Assembly: GCA_010093815.1 (NCBI GenBank)
Contig: ML996573.1
DNA from: Pseudovirgaria hyperparasitica
Taxonomy: Eukaryota
DNA: 64,000 nucleotides
Direction: 5' to 3' (one strand)
Both the position numbers and the translations under genes were made by a program. Shown here piece after piece: positions 11,095 to 24,407 of this stretch; within the stretch, counting starts at the first letter, position 1; every line of letters starts with the position of its first letter. The notes beneath the pieces were generated by a model. It did not search any database. It saw only the letters and a list, made by a program, of their open reading frames with translations, and had not been told where the DNA came from.

Positions 11095-12636
11095 ATGCCT
11101 CCTTATGACAGCTCTTTGCCGCCTACGGCACACCATACGAGCTCTCTCTACCCGGAGCCTCCCTACCACCTACCCTCCGATCCGTCGCGTCTCGCTCCCG
11201 AGGACGCATATTATACACAGCCTCCGCCTCACAGATCACGCCAGCCTGCACTTGGCAGTGTAGGAGCCACTACCGGATCAGTAGTGAGACCGTTGACAGA
11301 GGTCAGACGAAAGATCAAAGAGCGAAGTCGGAGCAGGAAGAAGACGGCGCAATGGAAGAAACTCCTTTGGGTCGAGCAACAGTGTACGTGGATTTGCGCA
11401 CGTCAAATATATACTTTAGCTGACTGTCTCAGACCCTGATAATTACACTGATGAGCAGACTTTCCTCCATGAATTGAAACGAAATCCTTCCTTTCAGCAA
11501 TATGAATTCTGGCCGCTCATGGCAGATGCCACGGTCATAGTACAACATCTATCTTCTGTAGCGATCTTCATCTGTTGTTTTGTCGGCATCATCCAAGAGA
11601 GAGTCTCGCCTGTCACTGTGGTAGGATCTGGCAGCTTGAGCACATTCTTCGGCTGGCTGTTCTGGGACTATTGGGTCAGTCAAGAAGAATTAGCAGAAAA
11701 GGCCTCATTCGTCGCAACGGAAGCCATAGATGAAGCCTCATCCGTAGACGAGAGGGCCGGAGGTCTTGAGAGTACAAGGACAGCTCAATCGGCCGATAGA
11801 GAAGGTCTATTTCTCAACACAGACCCCAGTATCACTAAGATGCCCGGCCAGACCTACGAATACAAAGCGAGTACTGCTTCCGAGGGCTCAAGTATCTCCA
11901 CAAAGTCAATGCTGACTACTGGTCATCCCACGGGAGCGTCAAGCTTCGCTACGTACAGTCACTTCCCACCACCCGGAGACTCTGTATCCTCGTTGTCTCC
12001 GAGGAACCAGCAGCGTCTCGCAACCGCGAAATCGGCCACTCTAATATATTGCGCACTTCTTGGTCTAAGTCCCATTCTCAAGTCTCTCACAAAGTCAACA
12101 ACGAGTGATTCCATATGGGCAATGAGCTGCTGGCTCATGTGTATAAATGTGTTCTTTTTCGACTATGGGGGCGCGGTTGGTGCAAAGTTCGTAACAACAA
12201 TCTTCAAAACCTGAACGGGAAGCTAATATCCGGGAACAGATTCACAGCGTCTCTTTCCACTAATGCCGCTCTCATGGCTTCCACAGTCCTAGCATCCCGG
12301 CTACCATCCACAACGCACGTGTTCTCATTAACTCTGTTCTCCATTGAGGTTTTTGGTCTGTTTCCTGTCTTTCGACGCTACCTCCGTCACATCTCCTGGA
12401 AGGGCAACTTTGTGCTCACGATCGTCCTTGTTGTCGGCGCTAGTGGTGGCGTAGGGGTGACTGTCTCAGGTGGTGCGTGGACAGCAGCATTCGTCGGAAT
12501 CATCCTTGGTGGCATCACCACATTCTTAACGATGGGTATCTGTAGCTGGTGGCTCATCGGGCTGCAAAAGTATAAAAACGAAATCCATGGACCTTGGGAC
12601 CCTGCTCGACCGATAATCCGGCGTCGTTGGGACTGA
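11095..12636 (+). CDS. GPI2: GPI-GlcNAc transferase subunit PIG-C/Gpi2
   Basis: WKKLLWVEQQYPDNYTDEQTFL, LSPILKSLTKSTTSDSIWA, SLSTNAALMASTVLASRL, LQKYKNEIHGPWDPARP. Introns 11384-11432 and 12187-12239. Confidence 0.95.
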
Positions 12637-15134
12637 GCCGATCATGTTATGGAGCCCATATTTATATTCCTGGAGTCAATGCAAGACATTGATTCTACAA
12701 CACCCATTCGGTGATGGCGCCCCAGGAAGAGTTGACTCACCACACTACAATATTGTGTAGAATTCTCGGCATGTGAGAATCCGTTGCCACATCCGATGTA
12801 ATCTTTCTAGCGTTTCGACCCCAGATGATCATCATGTCGCCATGATTGCATTATCCGCCGACTGTGAATAACATGATTTCCACTAGATCATCTTTGCCGG
12901 CATAATTTAAACCGACGTAATGAGTACATGACCAGAGCCCTTGGTTTTCCGTCTGAGGTGCCTTCCCTACGCCTATCATGAATATGGCATAAAAACTGCA
13001 GACGCATTTTAGTATGCGGCGCGTTGTTCCCCACGAAGTGAAGGTCTGCCTTCGAAATGTTATTTAGGACTGAAAGTCCAGCCGAGAAGTCTTCAGACTA
13101 GGTGCGTCATGCGAAGGAACTCGAGCGTAGCAGCACATATTGATTTGTCTTAGCAAAACACCAAACCAAGATGGTGCAAAGCCTCATTTTTAATCTCGCG
13201 CACAGTGAGCTCTACATCCTAAATCAACATTTTGCGTCGCTCTAGGAGCTGTTGAAAGAAAGAAAGCCTGCGCGATGGTAGGGCTGGTAAAGCGAAATCT
13301 GCTCAGAGAAGCAAAATGTAGAGGTCAACTTCAGCATAAGTTTAGCGACAAGTCCGAAGTAGAGCCTGTCAACAAATCATGTCTTGCAATAGGGAGACTG
13401 TTCCGTCGTGTGTGATGTTCAGTCGCGGATACATTGACAACAAGTGTATACCGGCAGACGCAATAACGGAACACAAATGCAGCGATAGGATTGTACACAG
13501 TCGAGCCACTATAAGTCGACTGTCTATTGCAAACAATGGGGCAAGCCTTGAGACTCGGATATCAAACTATACTGGTCAGTAATGCAGCGTCGCAAGGTCT
13601 GCAAACAAGTCCCCAGAGACTGGATATCCGAGGCGGTTCTTCGTTCCCTGGTCCGAGTATACACTTATCCACCCAATTGAGAGGCGCTCCATGCAATCAC
13701 CGGGCGACCACACAGGTCAGCATAGCACAATACGATGTGGATGTTCATTATAGAGTGTTTCAATAACTGCTATGTGACCTTCAGCTCATGCTTCTGGCAT
13801 CTTATTCGTTGGAAATCTACTACGGCGTCCGACCTAATGACTAGCAAGGGTGTCTGTTCTAATCAGCTTATGCTGGTCCCTAGTAGGCCACAGGGTCTGT
13901 TGCCAAACTTTATATTCGATCAGGCCATCCTCTACCTAGCACACACTCATGCTTAGCCATAGCAGCCTTGCGAGGAAGAACACCCGTAAACATGGACAAC
14001 TATAATCAGCCGAGCATGATTCAACATCTCAAATTTTGCGCGCGCTAGCGATGAGTACTGCAGGCTAGGCAGAAGTAATGAACGAGCAAGATGGTGAAAA
14101 AGGACCGATGCTGGAAAAAGAAACCCTTTATGATATGACAGATGCAGACGCAAATGCAGGGTCCGTCCGTCCCGAGGATTCGGTCAGCGCGCGAGACGGG
14201 AGCGCCGGATCGGGGGATATTTACACTCCAAATACCACGTGTTTACGCCCGCGATTGGCTGTTATACGCATAGATAGGGCTGAATACAGGAAATGATGCC
14301 ATCTGGCGACAACGACCGTTTGCATCGTTTTATGGGTCATTAACGATGGTACGTTTGCGCACCGACGATGGATGGATTGTTAACATGACGGAATACTACG
14401 ACTACTGCGCCGAATGTACTTTTGATATGCTACTTAAATTCGACTGGCAAGTAGCAACACATTTAGCTCTCGCGATGCGTATATATGAGCAAAAGCAATC
14501 CACCGCATACACCAACCATATCGAACCTGTTTACATCCACTGTATAATCACTGCGTGCATTGAATGTTCTACTATTCGTTGATGAGTTGTTGGCCTGGCA
14601 GCCTTAGCATTCGAGCCTGGCTGAGTGCGCGGACGCTCGTAAACACCACGTCCTTTCGGACTTTCACTCACCGCTACGATACCTTACATGAAGCATCATG
14701 CTACTCCGATAATCCATATATACAAGCCAAGACGAGCACATTGTCGGCCTGCCATGCCACAAATTACAAGTGCCACATGCAGTCGTGCGCCGTTCCAGAC
14801 TCCTTTGGCCCCCAGCTACAGAAAATTTACAGTTAGCCTGTCCTTTACACGCACACACACACATAGCATGTGGAAACGATTGTTGCCTGAGCAGCCTTGC
14901 GTCGCGTACCAAAATAGGCGCGGCTGAAAGGCTGCCCGCCTGCTGGATCATATTTTCTCGCCCTGGTCGTATTTCACACTTTTCCACCGCGAAGACGTCT
15001 CATCAGGTCTTCTGATCCAGATCGACGGAGCTGTGTTTTTCTCGAGCCTTGTCGTGTCTTTGCCAAATCAGAGCTCATAATTGGTGTCTTACCCCACTCT
15101 CCGGCTAGCCCGCTGCCAATAATACCAGGCTGCC

Positions 15135-17383
15135 ATGTCTCTACGTCCAGATGACCGCAAAGGCCGCTCACGTTCAAAGTCGCCAGCTGGGAGATCTAGA
15201 GATAGATCTTCAAGCAACGTACGCGTTCCCAAGTCTGACGCATTAGCCTACGGTCAACCTCCGCCAGGCGGTTTTGAAACGCGAACTCCAACTCAGGCAG
15301 CTCCCGGTCTAGCAAGCTACGCAAATTCGGCAATGAATATGATGAGTGGTGCTTTGGGAGGGAGTGATCCTTCGCGAGATGATTCATATACGATGGGTGA
15401 CTATGCCGACCTTCCACCGCACGAACGGCCAGGATATGTGGCGACTGCTACGCCTGTAGCGGGTGGTAAAGTGCCTTATCAATATGCTCCGAATGCCGGA
15501 CTAGCAGGTCAGCCGTATCCGCCTCCCGTGTCAAGGACAATTAGCCATGGTTCATCTGCGAGTGGCAGTGCTGGTGGATATCAGTATGCGACTACGCCAG
15601 GTAACATCACATACACTGCAAAGTCAGTTGTGCCGCAGCCAGGCTCTTCCAATGGACATTCAAATAAGCATTCGTCAAAACATGGGAAGGAGTCTCCTCA
15701 GCATCAAGCCTTCTATACCCAGCCAGACCAGTTCTATCCTCAGCCTCCTCCAAGTGGGCCACCGCATGGACACCATCACATGCCAGGAGGATTCCCCGCA
15801 GGCAATGTCGTGGAAGTCATTCCAGGAGGTGGCAGGATCGCATCACCTCCGTCTCCTGGGAAGCGACCGCATTCGATGTCTCTAAGTACCCCCGGCCATG
15901 GCCCCGAGCTGCGCGCTCCCTCACCTGGATTCGGACTAGGGAATCGTATGGACAGACTGTCAGTCAGTGGCAATCGACCAAACATCCAGACTTTGGTACC
16001 TGGGGGTATGCCATCGGGAGGCGGAGGCATGCTTCCTCCACCGAGTCCCATGCTTGAAGCATACCATGGCGTGTACCAATCCATCTCACCTATGCCCTCA
16101 CCCATGATGCATGCATATCACCCACACGACTCCGACCTCGAAGACCTGCCTCCACTATCCCCACGGTACTCGCACGCTGGGCACCACCGTACACTGTCCG
16201 CCTATAGCCGCGAATCGTCGCCTGCGCGCTCCACACGAACCTCCAGGTCCAAATCGTCAAAGTCCAAGTCCTCAAAATCCAGCAAAAAGGATGATAGAGA
16301 TAGAGGCGAGCGCCGCGTCAAGATCTACGATGCAACCGAAGACGCCCATGCCATCGTCGCCGCCATGTCCCACCGCCAGCCTGACGTATTCCCCCTAATT
16401 GACATCCTCCCACAGCTCAACCACGACCAAATGCTTGAACTACGTACAGAGTATAAGCGCCACTGCAAAGTCCAAGGCCATGGCATTAATGTGGCCAAAC
16501 ACATCAAGATGAAAACCTCGGGTAATTTTGGTAAGCTCTGCTACGTCACCGCGCTCGGCCGCTGGGAGTCCGAGGGATACTGGGCAAATACGTGGTATCA
16601 ATCTGGAAATGCGAGACGCGAGTTACTGGTGGAGTGTCTGATGGGACGGGGGAACGTCGAGATGAGGGAGATCAAGGCCGCGTTTAAGGACAAGAGATAT
16701 AATGACGACTTGGTGAGGTGTATGGAAAAGGAGCTCAAAGCAGACAAATTCCGCAAAGCTGTTCTATTAGCGCTAGAAGGGAGGAGGCAAGAGGAGCGTG
16801 AGCAGTGGCCGATAGAGTACCGCAACCGCGACGTCGACACGCTGTACACCGCGCTCAAAGCGCGCGAGGGCGGCGAGACTGCGATTCTGGAACTTGTCAT
16901 CAAGCGCAGTGATGCTCATCTGAGAGACGTCTTACGGACGTACGAGGTCAAGTTCCAGGAGAACTTTGCACGCGAGGCGTTGCGGAAAAGCAACAATCTA
17001 GTAGTACGTCTCCCCCCCTTTGCCCCTTATTCACATTTCCACCACCACCCAGAACCTCACAATCCTAACTTCACACCACACAGGGCGAAGTCGTAGCACA
17101 CATCCTCAACGGCGTCATCAACCGGCCCGCGCGCGACGCCATGCTGCTACACCACGCCATCGAAGACCTCTCCGACCGCACAGACTCGCGCAACAGCAAG
17201 CATGAGCGCCAACAACGCTACGAGCTCCTGATCAGCCGCATCGTGCGTCTGCACTGGGACAAGATGCATATGATGCGTGTCAAGGTCGAGTTCGAGAAGA
17301 AGTACCGCTTGGCGGTTGAGGAAGCCCTGGAGGATTCTGTTAGGGAGGACTTTTTGGAGTTTTGCCTAGCGCTTGTGGAGTAA
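15135..17383 (+). CDS. Fungal annexin of ANXC4 type with long Pro/Ser/Gly-rich N-terminus
   Basis: C-terminal helical repeats INVAKHIKMKTSGNFGKLCYVTALGRWESEGYWAN.WYQS...RRELLVE, ELKADKFR, REGGETAIL. Intron 17004-17083 joins to GEVVAHILNGVINRPARDAMLLHHA. Confidence 0.85.
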
Positions 17384-17756
17384 TCGGGGCGGGTGAGTCT
17401 GGAAATACGTGGGTTTGACGACCTAAACGATAGCGACATTATGGCCTGTGTGCAGCTGTTTGGTGGTTTTTCTACGCGGAGATACCACAAATGCATTTTT
17501 GTTTGGCTTGGAAGTCTGCATGTTCCCGACGGACGTACGGCATCTCAGCGTGAATTGGCGATGACGCGGGAGGGACTTATTATCAAGGCGGCGAGAATCA
17601 CTATGTTCTTAGCAGTCTATGCTGGAGGATCGAACGACTACTGTTCTAACGCTGGCACTGCACATGTAAACAACTTGAAGACATGAACCTGAGCACAGCA
17701 AATCACCCAGCACAACACCACACAACGCAACAGCTCCATTCACAGCAATCAATATC

Positions 17757-17810
17757 TACCACCCCTTACCAACTCATTCTCACCACCCCTTACCAACTCA
17801 TTCTCACCAC
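17757..17810. repeat. 24-bp tandem duplication (ACCACCCCTTACCAACTCATTCTC) x2
   Basis: Two consecutive copies in the C/A-rich spacer between convergent genes. Confidence 0.8.
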
Positions 17811-17884
17811 CTCCTCCCACCACCATCCCCGCAGTCCCAACCACCCCCAAAACCACATCCCACCCCCAAGTTCTCTCTCATCTC

Positions 17885-18260
17885 TCACAACAACCCAATC
17901 GTCACATCCCCCTTAACACGCGCATAAATCTCCACCTCAACCTCCAAGTCAAGATCAATCTTAATCTTCAAACTACTATTGACGTTCTCCCCGATCTCAC
18001 CCTTGCGCTCGCCCAGGCGCGACGCGTGCACAGGTACCATGCGGCGACCGACACGGCCGCGCGAAGGCGTGACTGGCGGGAGGGATTCTTCGGTGTCGGA
18101 TTTGGGGTCGGTGGTTTGGGGGCCTGCGAGGGCTTGGTGGTCCTGGCGGTCCTGGCGGGTGGATGAGGAGGTTGTTGGGGCGCTGTGGGGATAGTTAGGG
18201 AGGTGGGGGATGGAGAGGGGATGGGGGGACGGACCGGGTGGTTGTTGTTGCGGTGGACAT
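17885..18260 (-). CDS. Small (107 aa) uncharacterised protein with C-terminal LKIKIDLDLEVEVEIYARVKGDVTIGLL motif; not in the ORF track
   Basis: ATG 18260 in AAAATG context; exon 18260-18235, intron 18234-18183 (GTCCGT..CTAAC..CAG), exon 18182-17885 ending TGA; 324 nt in frame. Confidence 0.85.
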
Positions 18261-18853
18261 TTTGGGGATGGATGGGTGATAGGGTCTGTTGATGAAGTTT
18301 TGTTCTGGATTGTGCTAGGTTTGAGATGATGGATGTTGGTGGAGAAGTAAATGGAGCGTCTTCAAAGCATGCTTTTATGTCCTCCGCTACGTTGCCGTCT
18401 CCGCCCTTCAAGCCTTTCTCCTGGGACGCTGACACCTACAACGAAAAGTCTCGCATCTGCTAGATGCTGTCTGATTTCACACAATATCTAGTCATGTAAC
18501 GCGCCCATCCGCCTTGCCTACGTGTCCAGACAGATCGCGCCATCATCGCCTGACGACCTGGACATGCATGCGCCCACGGGTCGCGCAGACCAGACATGAT
18601 TCGAGCAAGTCCAACGACCCAGAACCGCATTTCGGAAACGGGCATGTTGGAATGACCTGATTGTTCTGCGCGAGGCTTGCTTTGCGGGTGCACAACGACG
18701 GGTTTGGGCGGGTGGACCGGTCCGCCAAGGGGTTACACGGTTTCGGGTCGAAGCGTCGGGACGCACGGCGGGGGGGAAACATGGGTGGTGTGGGTGAGAT
18801 TGCTTACGGAACAGCGAGCGCTGTCTTTGTATGTGTCTATAAGGTTTCATATC

Positions 18854-19529
18854 ATGGTGTTGGGCATTCTGACGTCCATTGCGGCATGTCCTGCGATTAT
18901 TGGCACGACCGAGGCTATTCGACAGGGCCAGCGACAGAGTGCGAAAGAACGACACCGAGGCGTGAAGTCTGGACTCGTAGTGCAGTGCTCGACGAGGTCA
19001 GCCGCAGGACGAGAGATCAATGGGTGCGAGGTGGTCTTGAGTGATAACAAGGTGCGCGCTGTCCACATTGGGCCACTGCATGAAGACTGATGAACACCAG
19101 TTATACTTGTCAGTTCCAACAGATGAGTTCCCTGACGGTCAGCCTGACGACCATCCATTTGCGGGATACTTTCTACCTTTCCCGGAGCGGTCTTGGGGCC
19201 GATTGGGGGAAGGCTTCGTGTCTACGATCTCGGATGACCCGCCGCAGCTAAACTGGATATACGTGGATCAGGACACATTTGAAGTCAAGTATGGGCTTCG
19301 CGCTGATGCAGAGCCGCATATCGTTGGGCCATGGGATGTCACTCCGGTCGACAAAAGAGTAACCTTGGAGGGTTGGGAAGGATTCATCGCCGTCAAGTAT
19401 GGACCTGGGGAATGGGCATTGTACTTCGATAAAGAGGATGATGACCTTAAAGGGATTTTGGATCCGGAAATGCGGAGAAAAGAGGTTGAGCTTGTGAGAA
19501 AAGAACGCAAACAGCGTAGGCCAGGCTGA
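18854..19529 (+). CDS. Conserved-looking uncharacterised fungal protein (MVLGILTSIAACPAIIGTTEAIRQGQ family)
   Basis: Exons 18854-19051 and 19101-19529 (intron GTGCGC..CTGAT..CAG). HPFAGYFLPFP, GEGFVSTISDDPPQLNWIYVD, VGPWD, TLEGWEGFIAV, WALYFD. Hydrophobic N-terminus. Confidence 0.85.
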
Positions 19530-19914
19530 CTAAAGGTGTGAAGAAAGACACAACTATCGGATTTTAGTTCACAAGATTGTATATCATCTTATCGTAGTAC
19601 GGAAAAGATGTCATATATTTTCCTGGGTGGACGACTTATCTACAAGACAGAGTCGGAATGATGCAGAGTGAGACAAGAGTGTTGTCGTTAGGATCTTAGA
19701 GCGCCAGGCACCAAGGCTGCAATTAGATACCTAAGATGTCCGTCCCGGGGTCGGATGTCTTGCTCCTACGGCGTTTGCTCTCGATAGTTGTGCTTATTGT
19801 GTATGGAGGTTGATTCTACATGACGCTGAGTATGGGCTAGCAATCTTTCTACATCCCTCTGAAAGTATTAGAGTTCATACAAGCACACCTGCATTCTGCT
19901 AACATAGACTCACA

Positions 19915-20649
19915 ATGTCGCGGGAAGCATTGATTGCGAATCCCCCATTCCATCTCACACCAGTCGATATTGCAACGCTGAGGCAGAATGATGATGAGTG
20001 GGAGTACTATACATGGGACTTTCTAAAAGATGTCATAGGTGCGCTATCCATGCCGCCAACGCGATCAAAACTAAATCTCTCAGCAGAACGCAATGCACTA
20101 GACACCCTCACACGTCTCCCATCACACCTCGAAAATTACATCCACTTTAACAACTATGTCAAGCAAACCTATGGCTCCATGCTCAACTTCCTCATGCAAC
20201 ACAAAATTGGCTGGATACCAAAGTCTGTCGCTCCGGCCGACATCCCCGCATTGCTCCCTCTGAAACCCACAAGTATGATTCCGTTCGCGTCACCAGAAGA
20301 CTATCGCATCGTGCGAAACGACTGGCCGTACGGGACATTTCCGGAGAACAAGCATCTCGTGGTCTGGCTGAAGAGCCGCATTCCCGTGAACGAGGATGGC
20401 GATCCGACAGCCGAGAGTAGAGCGTTGATTGACGATTTCGTGGATACAACGTTCCGATCAAATGTAAAAGAAGGTACAGAGATCATGTGGTTCAAAAACA
20501 GAACAGCGTGGCAGAGTGTGAGAGCTCTCGAACATATCCACGTCCTTGTGCGTGGCGCCGAGGAGGCATTGATAGAGGCTTGGACAGGACAGACTGAAGC
20601 TGATATGGAGGCCAACAAGTGGAAAGATGGTCGACGAGTCGCGGACTAG
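19915..20649 (+). CDS. DUF3605 family protein (HIT-like; GIG1/YLR118C-unrelated, function unknown)
   Basis: Motifs RNDWPYG, HLVVWLK, WFKN..WQSVRALEHIHVLVR. Probable in-frame intron 20039-20083/20086. Confidence 0.8.
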   Translation: MSREALIANPPFHLTPVDIATLRQNDDEWEYYTWDFLKDVIGALSMPPTRSKLNLSAERNALDTLTRLPSHLENYIHFNNYVKQTYGSMLNFLMQHKIGWIPKSVAPADIPALLPLKPTSMIPFASPEDYRIVRNDWPYGTFPENKHLVVWLKSRIPVNEDGDPTAESRALIDDFVDTTFRSNVKEGTEIMWFKNRTAWQSVRALEHIHVLVRGAEEALIEAWTGQTEADMEANKWKDGRRVAD

Positions 20650-21497
20650 ACCCAATCATTTCACTCACCATACTACGATTGAAGCACACTGGTCAACGTC
20701 CTATGGCGGGCTGTGTCTCTTGTTAAGATTATGCGGTCAGGATCACAGCTCGTCTATCTAACTCGGGACCGAGGATCGATGAGAGAGTCTTGCGGGAGCA
20801 AGGCATGACATTCACACAGCGCTCAAATCAAATTGGAGTAGTTATCACGGATCATGTTTCACATGAAAGGCTTTTTCGCTCAAGCTTTGATGCAGTATAC
20901 TTGGCGATATCGATAGTGTCGGAGCACACTTCAGAAAGCAGCCGCTCCATCGGATATAAAATATTTGTAGAGTCAATTTGGTGGTTCGACGACTAAGCCA
21001 ACCTACGACCACGCTTCATTCGAGGGAGTGGAAAGCAGAAACACGCTGGCACTATGAAAACCCTGTTGGCGTCCGGGCAATGTTCTCGTGACAACGACCC
21101 GAGTCTCACTCAATAGAGTTATTCGAAACACTGCTTCCTAGACTGGTGAACTCCAGACAAGTACGACCGAGATGATACGAGCACACAGAGACTGGGATAC
21201 TGTGGAGTATTTCATCCATTGTTACTATTCACAGCCAGGTCAGCAATACGCATCGATGACTTCGTAACGAACGCACTTTATCTTCTTGTGGACAAAGTCT
21301 TTCCGGTCTTGAGATGGCTATAAGAAATACATCCATATATTTCTACTAGGTGAGGTCGATCTGCACCTGCAAGAGTGCCTTGCTGCCTGGCCGGGAGATT
21401 TCCAACGCGTCAGACCGCGCTCACGCCGCGTCCTTGGTCCTCTGTCCACTGCCTTTCATCGTTCTTTGTTCGCGAAGACTGCTTACTTCCGGTATCG

Positions 21498-23416
21498 TCA
21501 GGCTCGCTTCCAATCATCATGTTTTGAATGATTGACGACCCCATGCCAGATCATGTCCCCCAGATTCCGGAAAAATTTGCGGTATCTTTGGGTCTCGATA
21601 GCCTCGTGCATCTCAACGAGGTTGATCGGGAGGACTTTGAAATACATCCACAGCAAGACTCGCCGCACAGTGACACGATCATCACGAGACACGTTGTCTA
21701 ATATTCTTCATAGGCCTCATACAATCCTTTGGGAAGAGCATTCAAAGCCATACGAATGGTTCTCAGGGCATGGACGCTGGATATCGATTCGAATTGGCAT
21801 TGTACCCAATGAGACCTAACCTTTTAGCAGTGATTCTCGACACAAGAGTCGCAGATACTTACATTTCTGCAGACTTATTGACCAGAGACTGAACAACGTC
21901 TGCACGCGCCGCATCCGAGAGCCAATGTAGTCTTTTGTGTGTACGCTATCGACGGCCGATATAGAGTCTGACATCCTGATCCACTTCTTTTGAGAATTTC
22001 TCTCTGATTCGATTCTCCTGAGAATCATTAGTTGATCTTAGAGTATAGCATCCTCATGGCCCGTTCTCAATATACCGATGAGCACACCGCGTTCTTGAAG
22101 ATTTTGAAAGAAATTTAGCAAAGTCTCACTCCATTTGCACTCATCCAAGTCGTCGAGAAGTAACATATTCTTCCGTTCAGATCTCATGGCCACGGTCATG
22201 TCGAACAATTCCACATTCGAAGGCTATTTGCCATGGGCGCCCCCCGGTGCATCTTCTGAGAGCTTCGTGCATCTCGAAAGGGGAATGCCTTGAAGTCACA
22301 CAAAGTTGCGCTTCGAACGATGATACTGCATTAGAAAGATTCCGGGTATCGCCGCGACGTAAGTGGCGGTAGAATTATGCTAGTGCTACATCATTTAACA
22401 TATCACACACGGCTTCGATAGTGTGTGACAGAGCCTTGGAGCTGCAAAACGTTGAGCATACTATAAATGGAACCATGGGGCGCAAAACGTACGAAAGCGC
22501 TATCTTGCCTAATCCAGCTGCAAATGCATCTACGAGTCAGTAGGGCAGATGATCGGGATAGTTTAGACGATGCTCAGAAAAGCCGCTCAACCACAGACCT
22601 GCTGTTCTACCAGCTACCCGATTCGCATACACTCGGCATCCGACGAACCAACCGCTCGTTGATGGGTCATGCAGGAGAGAAGCAGGCTCATGCTACTCGT
22701 ATAGGTCCTTTGTAGACAGCCATTGGACGACGATATTCTCCCTGCTATCTATACACTCATCAGTAAGCCTTCGATAAGCTCAAAGGATGTGTTAAAGACT
22801 ATCTAATTTTGCGGCACGCATCTTTGCGCTCGGTTGCTGCACGTCATCTCTGATACGGCTGAGAATACCAGTGAGGGCCGACGTCATGTTCTGGATGTCG
22901 CGTCAGAGATATTTTTGATACACCTAGTGTTAAGGTTCATTATCTTCCAAGACCACTTACCTCTCATCCACAGTTATGGCAAGTCTCAACGTAGACTTAC
23001 ACTGTTCGATGCGCTGAAGCGAGGTCTTCACATCTTTCTCATTCAGTGTCCAACAAATAGCTCGCTTGAAGGCACGTTGCTGAACGCCAGCCTCGCCTGA
23101 CCACGCTGCGCTAACTGTCTCCTCGAGGACTCTTAGCTCTTGGGCGTACACCACCAGGGGCCGTGCTCTTTGCATAGCATCTCAAGCCTGGATCTAGCCT
23201 TGTCGCACCCAAGTCTGAATCACTGGACACGCGCTCAGTAAGGGCGTCGAGCTCCCCGAGGACGGCTCGCAAGTCCCGGACCTACTCGATAGTCTGGCTT
23301 AGACCCCATGGGTCGTTCTTTAGTGCAGCTTCAAAGTTATCATATACTTCCAATGCCTTGTTCGTTGCTTGCAAAATTGCTATTACTCCGGCCGCGATAC
23401 TCAACGGGTCAGCCAT
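21498..23416 (-). pseudogene. Decayed fungal NLR (HeLo-like/STAND N-terminal domain + NACHT + winged helix)
   Basis: MADPLSIAAGVIAILQ start at 23416; premature TAG at 23284-23282; frameshifts. AICWTLNEKDVKTSLQRIEQCKSTLRLAI; Walker B LLLDDLDEC at ~22166-22137; IRMALNALPKGLYEAYE / VRRVLLW at ~21760-21640. May extend to ~20800. Confidence 0.8.
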
Positions 23417-24407
23417 ACTGGGTACAAGTCAATGCTCAAGTCCCATCATCCGGTTGATCGAAGACGAACGGTTTCCAGTCTTTAAGATGGTATTGAAGTG
23501 TGGTAGCAGGTTTGAGATGACCATCCAGTCTCAGCCTAGTCGTGGCAATGAGCAATTCGCCTCCCTGTCGTTCTATTTACGTCCCATGAGGCACAGTAGC
23601 CTTAGACCTAGTATACTGCACACACGGTCTGCTACACTTAGCTCATAGACTTGTGGTAGCGACGAATATGGCGACTATATCTGTCACGTTGAGCTAGCCT
23701 TAATTCATGGAGCAGAGCAAGGCTGAAGCCTAAACCTGTTGTGACTCGTCTCAGAGATGCAGCCACTAAATTGGATCTCAAACGGTGTTCCGCGCCGCTA
23801 CTGTCCGCTTTGGCCAGTCATGTGCTCCATTACATCTTAAAATATCGGGGATATGCTCCCTTATGGCGATTGGATGGGACCAAATCAATATGATGTTGCG
23901 AGCCTTCGGGGGTCACATTATTGTGCCGTGTAGCCTGATCACCATGTAAACATCATCACAATAGCCTCATCCATACTAGAGCAAAAACAGCGATCATGTA
24001 CACAGCCTTATGACAGCATCCTGATCTAAACCCGCGCGTAAGTCCCTGTAGGTCCCGGCCCTGTTGCTACTCGCGTGCATATGCCTGTGCTTCTCTCAAT
24101 CTCTCTCCAACGGATACCCCCCTCATTGTACGAAGCCTGGGTACTTGAGGTATTCATGAAGGGTTACAACACCATGCCGCAAATGGTATACGGTAAATCT
24201 TGTCCGTCACTTGGAGCCATGTCAGGCGGCATCAATGCAGCCCTGCCCCATTTCACGATTCGAATACATAAGAAGTCGGTCATACCAATAATTACTTGCT
24301 TCGCATCGCAAATTTTGCATCGCAACGCTCATTTTGACATCCTACTCTGATTCCTCTTATTCTTGACTTTACAGGTCAGAGGGCCTAATTCTTGGTAGCC
24401 TTTAACG

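Noticed and set aside
12640..15130. 2.5-kb gap upstream of the annexin as a hidden gene or ncRNA
   Set aside because: Only short ORFs without recognisable motifs, and no convincing structure or repeat found by eye.
17968..18435. 155-aa minus-strand ORF in the track
   Set aside because: Wrong frame; the spliced model 18260-17885 has canonical splice signals and a structured C-terminal motif.
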